From: Phoronis australis | Taxonomy: Eukaryota; Animalia; Phoronida | Reading direction: 5' to 3' | Assembly: GCA_002633005.1 (NCBI GenBank) | Contig: NMRA01000190.1 | Location: forward strand, 1-64,000 | Length of the DNA stretch: 64,000 nucleotides | Shown here: positions 25,048-35,400 of the stretch, piece by piece | Layout: every line of letters starts with the position of its first letter | Numbering within the stretch: the stretch's first letter is position 1 | Notes under the pieces: model-generated | What the model saw: only the letters and a program-made list of their open reading frames with translations | Told to the model about the DNA's origin: nothing | The model's database searches: none | Made by a program: the position numbers and the translations under genes

Positions 25048-26460
25048 TTAGGGTGTACCATCACAATGTAACAGCACTGAGACATTGTTACATTTGGGGG
25101 CGACAATCATTCCATCAACATCGACAGATGTTGTTGCCTGAGAGACGATACGTGTGATGAGCATTGAACAAATAAAGTTTCGTGAATATCTACCTAGTGC
25201 TTGAAAAACCAAGTTGCTCAGATCTACTGACAGATAGGAGGGATTAAGGGGGGCCAGGGCCTTCAACCCATGAGTACGACCAAAACAGCTCCGCATGCAA
25301 TCGTTACTCGTGGCTAAAAATGGTTGTGACAGCCATATCCACCCACATAGCCTCCCTAAGAAGATTTTGGCGCACCTAATCGTATTAAAATATGAATGAC
25401 AATTTGCATCATAATACATGTATGTATCAACAAAAATAAAAATATAAACATATATGTGTGAACGTGTGTGCTTGTCGTGGAGATGACGACAACCACTCTC
25501 GATGCCAGAGCAGATGCGGAGCATCCCTTTTCCAAGCAAGAAACTTGGAATAGAAAAAAACAACATGTTTTAGTCCCCCCAACTTTTGATCGCCTTCCTA
25601 CTAGAATTCTGAATCCGCATCCTGTCACCTTACTGACAATATTCTTCGATGTTGACATAATGTCGCACTCGGCATATATTGTCGTCCGGACGACAGTTAC
25701 ATGTGCCGAAGGCAACAGTATGTTGTTGATTTGCAGAATTCAGGTAAATTTGTACTCCATTGAGGTTCTTCGTGTACTGGTGTGTCAGTGAATACTTTTG
25801 GTTTACAGGCACTGCAAAAGACGCGTCTAGATTTACCTTGCTAGCGGTCAGACTTGCCGAAAAATCTTGAATAAGCTTCAGTGTTAGGTCAGCCACAGTT
25901 TTCAACATTTATTCCAAACTTTTGGAAAATCTTGCCTTTTGGTTACTAATGTTTCTCAAGCTTGAATACGAATCTTTAGCGGCAAATTCTGCCACCAAGC
26001 AACACTTACACACTGGTGATCAAGAACGCAAACTCAAGCGGCATAACGCAATAGTTGCACTCAATGACATGATGCGCTGTGGCGACATAATGCACCGGTT
26101 CAGTTTGCGTCTGCCACGTTGATATCAATGTTTGCAGCTAGCGTATATCATCCAGTATATTTTATGATGTTGGCTTAGAATCGGTATTTGATTGAGTCTA
26201 ACTCTCTAAAAGCTTATAATATTTTGATCAACCGTGACTCATATCGGTCAAGCGAGAACTAGGGTACCGCACATGTTTAGAATTCTTGCCAGCGATACGT
26301 ATTCAAAGCTAAGTGCATTTCGCACCTGTTTATGGCTTTCATTGTTGATTCTTCACCGACGCGCTTTGGAGCTTAAAACATTACCACGCACATTCTATTT
26401 TGCAATATCGTCAAATGAGCCGGAAACTCAACACAACGATCCGAGTTTCTCTATTGTTGC
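25048..26460. mobile_element. Decayed ISL2EU/Kolobok-type fossil: SWIM-like and YqaJ-like remnants (minus) divergent from a THAP-like remnant (plus)
   Basis: Minus strand: VAFGTCNC (SWIM-like) and RLCGWIWLSQPFLATSNDCMRSCFG (compare YqaJ ECGLxxxxxxPFLGASPDG..C..CG). Plus strand: MFRILAS..KLSAFRTCLWLS..SNEPETQHNDPSF (THAP-like). Confidence 0.45.
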
Positions 26461-27172
26461 CTGTGAGACACACTTTTCTTTATAAAGGTTAACTGTACGT
26501 GCACATCCCTGGTCAACAACCAAATGAATAACTTCTATTTTGGTCGAGCCATGGTTTGTTCTGACTGCATTTGTCAACGTTTTTAGTTTTCCACGATCGT
26601 GTTGTGTCCTGAGTGAAGCTCATGGGCACATTCATGGCGTATTCACAAGCCTCAAACTTGCTTTATGTTTTTTTTTCAAGTCTCAGACATTGCGCTTTTT
26701 CCGCAAGCACTCTCAATTTCTCTCTGACGTCACAAAATAAAACGCAACGAAGAAATCGCTATCCCACACCCAACTGCGAACGCTAAAGACGACGAAAATG
26801 CTTTTATGCATTTGCGTGACCCTACACTTACCGTACTTAACTTTAAATAATCTTACCTGTAAATATACAGGGCGTCTTCACACTAACACACAATCCTAGT
26901 GCTAAATGGAACTTTCTCTTTTTATCAATTCACCCGCACAAGTTGTACGCTAAAGTGCAATTCTACGGTGGCTGGGAAAGGACATCGCGCGTTTTTTTAT
27001 AATCTCGGGTTCTCGGGATCCAACTTAATTATCTCGGGATATGGAGATCCAGAGATAATTATTATACCATCTAGCTTTTTAATGTTCATCAATTCAATTT
27101 ACAATAATAACACTTTTAAAGCCCAGGAAGCGCTAGAAAGTATTATAGGGCATATCTGTGCGTCAAAATATT

Positions 27173-27300
27173 ACACGCGCACAAACACACGCGCGCACAC
27201 GCACACACACACACACACACACGCAAACACGCGCGCTCATACACACACACATACACACACACATACATACATACATAGATACATACATGCATACATATGT
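27173..27300. repeat. (CA)n/(CATA)n microsatellite
   Basis: Directly visible. Confidence 0.95.
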
Positions 27301-27355
27301 ATCAGTTAAGTAATACAGACAGATAAATGCACAGTGTACATATTTACAGACACAC

Positions 27356-28340
27356 CCCTTGGCTGCCGCAAAAAAAATAAAAACAGCAAGAGCGTAAGGA
27401 AATGTTGAGTTTATTAATTAACCCTAATAATTAAAATTATACGGAAGAAACAAGATTTAAATGTGTGCAGTTTTAGGGTTGGGGTGGGGNNNNNNNNNNG
27501 GGGGGGGGGCTCAGATCCAATTGCAAGTGTCAAATTCGGAACTCGGCTTATTCGTAACGGAAGTATGGCTAAGTATAGGCTCTCCCGCGATATCTCAGGC
27601 GACCGGCAGTGGCGCTGCGCACTACGACTCCGTTTCCGTCGTCTGCTCCACTGTGCAATGAAGAAAAGTTACTTCATTTTTTAAAGAAAATGGAACCTGA
27701 GTGACGATGAAAAAACAGAAGCTGCTGGTAAGATGTGAATTTTAATCGAAGCTTTGGTGAATCACTCAGAAACTCATAATTCTCTCTTTGTCAAACTGAC
27801 TTTTAAGTCTTAAAAGACGATTTCCTAAGCAACCCGTCATTATTGCCAACACGAAAAACGGATTTGGTCTTTTGGGCATTTGAATAGTATTTTAAATACA
27901 ACAAATTTGTTAAGAACCGATTGCACAAAATATAAAACGTGTAATAAGCATTACAAAAAGAAGTAGGTTTCGCGCGCAAACGCTATGGACCATAAACAAG
28001 TAAGTCTTTTAGTATGACTTCAGCAGATAAGTCGTAGTGGTGTAGTGGTAATGCACGCGGGCTCTAACCGCCAGGTCGTGAGTTCGAGTCTCTGTTACGG
28101 GTAGTTTTTCCTGTTTGATACGTTCTTCGTGTTTTTTTCTTGGATAATACTTCAGGAATCAAGGAAAATGATTGACTTTTGGAGGAAAAAACAGAAAAAT
28201 TTCCTTGGCGAGAGGGGGGCAAACCCCCCTCCCGACCTCCCCCCTTCGGTGTTATGCGCATCTACAATCGTGGTTTGCGCAAATGCTTACAGCCGGACAA
28301 AATGTTGGGCCCCCCTTGTAATATCCTAGATCCGCCACTG
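27356..28340. mobile_element. Partial non-autonomous element with ...GATCCGCCACTG terminus; homologous to 58216-58523
   Basis: 27356-27423 matches 58216-58287, and 28128-28340 matches 58304-58523. Confidence 0.7.
28031..28100 (+). ncRNA. tRNA-derived (SINE-head-like/pseudo-tRNA) Pol III cassette
   Basis: A box TGGTGTAGTGG and B box GTTCGAGTC. Partial cloverleaf (acceptor TCGTAG/TTACGG, anticodon stem GCGG/CCGC), followed by TTTTT. The T-stem and anticodon loop are non-canonical. Confidence 0.6.
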
Positions 28341-28499
28341 AATAAACTGGCAATAAATAACCCTATAACGTGACTTCCTAAAACCGCTCTGAGGTGGTGG
28401 AGTATTACAACTATTATTAAAATCTCTTGGTCTATTTACACCGACCTCTAGTCACGACGGAGACATTCGGGATTTCATCTGGTCGGCTTTAACATCGCA

Positions 28500-28996
28500 G
28501 AGGAAAGACAAGGTGGCAGAAGAACGCCTACTGCAGACTATGTGCTTACCGTATATACCCGCAATAACCGAGAAGCTAGGACGCATATGTAAGGACTTTA
28601 AAATAAGAACAATATACCGCAGCTCAGACACACTAGGTCGGCGATTGACAAAAGTCAAACCAAGAACTGACATGGGAAAAAAGAAAAATGTCATCTATGA
28701 AATCCCATGTGAATGTGGTGAATCGTATATTGGTGAAACATTAAGACCACTGGAGACAAGAATTGCTGAGCATAAGAGGTGTTGTAGAGGGTAATACCTC
28801 ATCAGGAGTAGCAGAACACATGTGGTCGAAACAACACAACATCCAGTGGAATAACATTCGAATACTTGACAACGAAACAGGTTGGACTAAGAGAAAGATC
28901 AAGGAAGCCATGTACATGAAAGTGCAAGGCAATGTCTTCAGTCAGCCAAGCAAACAACCAAGTGACACCTGGCTCAGTCTACTTAGAAAGGTTTAA
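28500..28996 (+). mobile_element. Penelope-like retroelement 3' fragment (RT thumb/linker plus GIY-YIG endonuclease), one frameshift
   Basis: LPYIPAITEKLGRI..NVIYEIPCECGESYIGETLRPLETRIAEH, then a frameshift near 28790, then SGVAEHMWSKQHNIQWNNIRILD..RKIKEAMY. This is a typical PLE C-terminal GIY-YIG domain. Confidence 0.9.
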
Positions 28997-29027
28997 GTAT
29001 AATAAAATTCCGTCTAAGTAATTGGAT

Positions 29028-29096
29028 GACTCCGTGGTGTAGTGGTTAAGGTACTGGACTCGAATTATCTGCACAGTTACGATTCCTGCAGGCGTC
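29028..29096 (+). ncRNA. Second degenerate tRNA-like cassette
   Basis: GACTCCGTGGTGTAGTGGTTAAG (A box), loop CTCGAAT, degenerate B box GTTACGATTCC, acceptor GACTCC/GGCGTC and a downstream TTTT. Confidence 0.5.
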
Positions 29097-30019
29097 GTAC
29101 TACTTTTAACCCATTATGCACAAAAATACTAATAAAAAAATGTCTGCAACAACAAAAAACGTAGATCTGTTTGTGGTGCAGGTGCACTTTCAATCCACTT
29201 GACTTAAGCATCCCATCTTCTCGACAATGGTCGATAGGCTCCGCATTGGAATCTTGATAATACACGTACATGGGAAGACAATCTGACCAAAGAGGCAGCC
29301 TTTCACAAAAAAGTCTGAAATGAAGTGAATTTGCGCTTATTGGTGATTTTGATGGTAGTGCGTCCATTATATACGTTATTCTCTGTAGGTTTCCAGGATT
29401 TTGAGTTAAGGGGGGACCAGGGCACAGGAATAACCAGAATTTCGACAGACGCGCGCGCCCAGCTTAAACTGTAGGGATGCAGGGTCTCGAATCTTTGGGT
29501 TTGCGGACCGTTTCACTAAAAACAAAACGGTAAATGGGCTTTGTTCAGGGCCAATGCATTGTTTATTCACCCCCCCCCCCCCCNNNNNNNNNNNNNNNNN
29601 NNNNNNNNNNNNNNNNNNNNNNNNCCCCCCCCTAAATCCACCACTGGTTTCCACGCAAATCGTTGTCCAGTATCATGCTTGCCCAAGGCGTCAAGCGGCG
29701 TGCAAACTAAATCTGTCCCTTTTGACTGTGTTATGCTCCGTGAACGCATGCATGCCACTCAAACCATCACGTATGTCGTCTCGAAGTTGTTTGTGTTTGT
29801 GAACTTTATTTATTTCCGCATATCGTATTCGAGCCATATGGTTACGCACCTCTGAATAGTCGGAAACAAGCCTACACACAAAACTAGGATAGTGACATCC
29901 AATAATAACACACGTGTGTACAATCAGGGAGGGGTCGGGGGATCAGTCAGGGAGATTGGTCGCGGCAATCCTTTGGAGCTAGCCTCTTGACAACCTAAAA
30001 CCTGGGACCTCTATTACAT

Positions 30020-30600
30020 CACGAAAATAAAAAGATGGTACTGTCTGGAAACGGTTGCTCACAATGGTGAAAAGATGTTCGATGTTTAGAAGGTGAAGCG
30101 TATGTAAATGTTGTATCTTCGGTACATATGACAAAAGTAATGAAAGGTGTCCTTGCCCGCAATGCACCTGGTATCCAAAAAGAGCTTATAAAGCAGTGTG
30201 TAATAGAACTGTACACCAAATACATCGGTGATGCAGACATTGCCGACCAACACACGAGGTACTGAAAAGTGGTGGAAGAAGCCAGAAGGTCTACGTGGCA
30301 CTGAAGAAAGTGGCACTCGTTCTTTCATAAAGTGAGTGCGAACCGTACAACACCTCTGCAGTTCCGCTTATATGTGGTGAAAAGGAGATGGGCAATCGTT
30401 CAGTCCTCCACCCTATTCAGGATGTTGCGAGCCGCCTGACAGATCCGGGACATCATTTCATTTCAATCAATCCGTAAAAACTAGTGGTTGTCGACTTGTC
30501 TGTGCCCTTTAATCGTTTAAACCAAATAGAAGTGACACCAGACGGAATATCAGTGGTGTGGATTTCTTATGCATACCCCCGTTTCAAGTTGATCGACACC
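30020..30600 (+). mobile_element. piggyBac-like transposase remnant
   Basis: Fragments KDGTVWK, YTKYIGDADIADQ (compare YNKxMGGVDxxDQ), EKWWKK and RLTDPGHHF occur in piggyBac order. Heavily deleted. Confidence 0.6.
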
Positions 30601-31426
30601 AAGGGTAATTAGAAGACAGTTCATACATAATTTAGAATAAATTGCAGAAAATTGTGAAATACTGTTCAAGTCGTGACATGGATGAGTTGTGAAAGGATTT
30701 TTTGCTGGCACACTGTTAGTAAAAGCCCTTTGCCAGTAGACTGTAGAAAGCTAACCGATTACTAAAAAAACGAAACGCTTGTTTTTTGTGAGAGTAAAAC
30801 TTTAGGGAGCAATAACAATGGCCATCAGAAAAAAAAAACGATGCGACTTACGCAAGAGCGATGTCTGGTGAAATGGCGTGAAATATCTTCTGTCCTTTAA
30901 AAAATACACGATAATAAGCAAGTACAAAAAAGTAGTCAGCTATGACAATCCCAACAACGCCGTATGTAAAATGTCAAAATGGAAGTCTGCATGTGTAATC
31001 CTGTAAGTAACTACGGGGACGTCGTGAACGTTAGTCTGCACATCACGGGGAACCTCATCTGGAACAGAAAGCTGGTCATGTTGAAGATCGGATGGAAGGT
31101 TTGAAGAGCAGTCCATCGACACAATAGGGATGGGGCACGTGTTTTCTACAGTAAGCACTAATTCACGCGGTGCCGGTGGAGATGCGAAATCACTTGGTTC
31201 GACTATAGAACTAACGAGGTGCTTTAACGTGCCACTTGGGAAAGCACCACCGACGAAAAGTTGGTCGTTGTTGTCGACTGGCATAGGAAGAGAAGCAGCG
31301 ACACTATCTCTTGAACCAAAATAATCGGGAACAATACAAAAACCGCCCATTTTAACTTAGCACGAAGGTGCTCGTAGCGGTGATCTCGCAAATTAGGCCA
31401 TAGTCCCAGCTGTCCTACCTTTCACG

Positions 31427-31575
31427 CATGGGCGGCGCACCATAGGGGGCTGGGGGGGGCTATAGCCCCCACTTTTTTCAGTGCTACGCTGCACATGGCC
31501 GATAGGCGATGCACCACAGGGGGGCTGAGGGGCTTTAGCCCCCCCCCCACTTTTTTCAGTGCTGCGCCTCCCATG
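31427..31575. mobile_element. Second copy (inverted) of the 8111-8252 MITE
   Basis: CATGGGCGGCGCA...TGCGCCTCCCATG, with the same internal CCCCACTTTTTTCAGTGCT units. Confidence 0.8.
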
Positions 31576-32107
31576 ACCCCCACGTCCGTGACTATTTCAG
31601 GGGGGGCAATGAGAACTTTGGATTATGTCTTTCTCCAGATGTCCAAAAGTCAATTTCAGCAAAGTTCCCAAGAACACACTTGCACGTTTAGCAAGCCGAA
31701 TATATGTTAAACTAACCTTTTTTACATGTATGTGTTATTAGTCGAGGTTGATGAGTCGTGTGAGTAATTTTGCGAGACCGGAGGCCGATTGAAGATAGTC
31801 ACACGGCGGACATACAAATGCAGCAATACTTTCAATGATATGCACAAGATTACCTTCATGAATTTAAAAATGGATAGGCATAAAAATTTCAGTGTATTTG
31901 TACGATACTGCTGTACGATATCTTACCGATAATGATCAAGAGTGATGACAAGTGAGGTATTTTATCAATTAAGAACTAAGCTGAGTCAATTCAAAATGAT
32001 TCCGCTAAGAAACAGAAAATTTAGCAACGTTTTCAAAAAAGCCATATTGTTAGTGGAATCAATTTTTCTATAACCATTAAGCAGAAACATAATTTTATCA
32101 AAAATTC

Positions 32108-32282
32108 TACGTTGACCCAAAGCTGACACCGAAAAAACAACATTACAAAAAATCACTTTTCTCCGTGGATAAAACCTTGTCACGGAAAAACTTTCCTCCT
32201 CGGCAGAAAGGTTTTCTCACAGGAGAAAAGTGATTTTTTTAGTAATGTTATTTTTTTCCAATGTAAGGTTCGGGCTACCGTA
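32108..32282. mobile_element. Palindromic MITE (TACG...CGTA termini)
   Basis: Long imperfect inverted arms: AACATTACAAAAAATCACTTTTCTCC versus GGAGAAAAGTGATTTTTTTAGTAATGTT. Confidence 0.75.
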
Positions 32283-32534
32283 GGATTCTTAGTAAGCGTT
32301 GTAAATATCGGGGTTTTGTTCGAGTGTCTGGAAAAGCACTACTCTCTGGTCTCCGTTTACTGTGTAGTTAAAAAAATACGAGCAAATGACTGGAAGTTTC
32401 CCCAGCAGCAAAATGGTGTAGTGTCCCTAAAACTGTGTCTACATTTGTCGCTGTTAGGCAACAATCCGCATCTTGACCTGTATAGGCTAATTTCATGATT
32501 GTGGGGGAAGTTGAAGCAAATCTAATGTAGTGGT

Positions 32535-32935
32535 ATAGTGTTTGAAGTCATGCTTAAGTGAGACAATTGAGGTGCTTTCTTTTATTTTAGTAGGTAAGGA
32601 ATTCCAGTAATCAATGCAAGTTATCACTGTGTATCTGCTAAAGGCCTCTGGCGAGGGAAGGTGTAATAGAATATTGAGATACTATGTCGTAGTCCAGGTC
32701 TAGTGCTTTGTCACTTGCTCGAGTCAAATAGGATTTTATTCGATTAGACGTTATGTTGTTTAATACTTAAACTATATAAATGGATGCGTAAAGTTTACGA
32801 TTAGTAGCTAGTTTGTTCCAGTTGAGACTATTTAGGACCTTAATTGTGTTGAATCCTTAGTGTGCCCCGGTTATGGCTAAAGCTGCCTGGTATTGTAATA
32901 TGTCTAACTGGAGAACTATACCTGCGCTCCCAGAA
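32535..32935 (-). mobile_element. L2/Crack-like LINE 3' fragment
   Basis: Minus-strand QYQAALAITGA..KVLNSLNWNKL..R and YWNSLPTKIKESTSIVSLK, typical ORF2 C-terminal motifs. Confidence 0.6.
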
Positions 32936-33689
32936 TGTAGAGATCTCGATTTAATTATCTCAGGATCTGGATCCCAATATAATTAAAAAAAGAAACGCGC
33001 GATGTCCTTTCCCTGCCACCATACATATACAATTCTAATACTCAGCACTAGGTGAAATTAAGCCATTTGCATAATGCATTTCCAAAAGCCGACTGATTAT
33101 TCTACAATTAAAACCAATGCTGACGGACAATTTGTCATATCAGTGAATCTGATGAATTCAATGTAAATATTTAATTCGTGGATTGACAGATTAATAACTG
33201 ATTGAATCTCACACCATCACGACATTAGCACATCGTGTGGAAATTGGATTTAACAAATACTGGTTTTATACTGAACGTACATGTTAAATAAATTGCTTGT
33301 GGATTTTTGGGTCGGTAGCTATTAAGAGTACGCCTGTGTTGATAGCAATGCTAAATCATTCGCTTGGATGGCGCCATCGATCACAGAAAGCATCATGGGT
33401 AATATTTTCAGTTGGAGTTCACTGTGGGAATAGCATATTTGATAGTAGACGAAGCGTTATTTAATATGCTAAATTTATTGGATGTTTTCGAGCTCGAAAC
33501 ATTTCTTTGCGATCGAGATGTAACACACAAAAAATAAAACTAGTTCAGTGTAAGTTGGTTCAATAGTCCGACTAGGCCCTAGGGTTCGAAATGAAATCCC
33601 CATGGGGGGCAAAATGTGAGTACGAAGAGTCGATATTACCACAGAATTTTAGCCCTGGAATGCCAACTCCCGCACGTGACATTATATAT

Positions 33690-33740
33690 ACGCGTGCGTG
33701 CGTGCGTGCGTGCATGCGTGCGCGCCCGCGTGTGTGTGTA
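33690..33740. repeat. (GCGT)n/(GT)n microsatellite
   Basis: Directly visible. Confidence 0.9.
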
Positions 33741-34169
33741 TACACATCACTTCAAACTTTTTCGTTGAATTTCTGCACGTACCATAAACTTGGCTACATG
33801 TCTTAATGTTCTCGCGTCTTCTGACAGTAAATGTCTCTTAAGCATGCCAATACTTGTTGATATTTACAAGGAGAGATGTCACAAAAATATACCTAATATT
33901 CTCAAGTTCATTACAAAAACCTATGAATACTATAATGCTGAAAAATTAAATGCACATAAAAACTTTGTATATGACAGCTTCTCTGCGAAATGGGAAAATT
34001 TTATTGTTCATGTTAACTTCATGTAGAAGATATTGACTTTATACGAGATAAGAGAATGGTCTTCCTGAGGTGTGCATGCGTGAATGAATGGTGTACTTAT
34101 TTGTTTGTTTGTTTTTGTAATTGTTTCTAAATGATAATAAATATATAAAAAATATGAATAAGAAAAAAA

Positions 34170-35400
34170 ACTTGTTGATATGTTACTGATATATCATTTT
34201 CTAGCTTCACCATATAAGGTGCAGTCCAATAAAAAATGGTGTTCTGTTTCTATACAATTCATAGTGCAGCAAGAGCATATTCTATTGTTAACAGCGAGAC
34301 CCGTTGTGTCTCTTTTTAACATTCCGTCATAAGAGAATGGACACAACATGTAAGACTAGCTAAATCGAATCTGAGCAAAACACTAATCAAAACGCTATAA
34401 ACATGCGACGAGAAATCAGTTTTAACAAGTTTATGCACATCTAACGACTGTGAGGAAATCTTATTTTCCAAATGTTGCACGGCAATCTTACTACCTCCTT
34501 GTTTAAGTTCCTTAATAAAATTGGACACATCTCCTATGCCTTGGTTCAGCCAGACAATTCCAAAACCATATTCGAATAGAATTATCTTCACATTTAATAA
34601 CCAAAAAGTCTATAAAATTCAGCCACTTCATACACTGTACATCATAACATATTTTAGTGTATCTATGACTCGGTCAATTGCGAACTCTTAAACCACTACT
34701 TAATTACTCTGCTTAACACTTTAATGTAAACGTATTGAAATGCTAGTTGTTCTTCTATGTTCACCTCTACCAGCAGCATTTGAAACATTCGGACCGAGTT
34801 GCAACAGATATTTGCAGAAATTATTATGAACTGTTTCTATAGCATTGTCTTCATGAAAACCTCATACTTCTGAGCCATATAACAAAAATTGCAAAATTTT
34901 AGAGTCAAACAATTTCCACCATAATGACACTGCCATGTCGACGAATTTTATAATGACACTTTTCAAAACAAATAGTGCTTTTAATGCTTTTTCCCGGAAA
35001 GTGTTGTTTGGGCCTTTATGAAGACGTCTTTCGTAGAGAATGTTACGCCTAAATAATTGAATTCAGATGCCACTTAGATATTTAACCGAATATCTTCTAT
35101 TGCTCATAATGTCTCAAATGACCACCCTTTCTAAAAACCACAATATTTGTCTTGGCCATGTTTACGCGCAATTTCCACCTGTTACAGTAATCTTCTCGTT
35201 TCCAATCGTTCTTTGCATAGCCACAGCTGTTTCAGCTAACAGAACCAGATCACCAGCAAACAATAACATATGCAAATTGAGTAGTCTTACGTTGGCACAT
35301 GATCCGCTAAAAGTTTAAGTCGTTGTCAAGGTCATTCAAAAATACAGAAAATAAAAATGGTGACAGCCGACAACCCTGTCGAACTCCTGAACCAGAAGCA
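34170..35400 (-). mobile_element. 5'-truncated decayed LINE (RT to C-terminus), related to the 2.6-7 kb element
   Basis: Minus-strand GVRQGCRLSPF, LLFAGDLVL, LYGSEV*G and ILFEYGFGIVWLNQGIGD, in RT-to-C-terminus order. Confidence 0.8.

Noticed and set aside
28031-28100. Functional tRNA (possible TCT or CTA suppressor anticodon)
   Set aside because: The T-stem has only ~3 pairs and the anticodon loop is non-canonical, so it was treated as tRNA-derived rather than a true tRNA.
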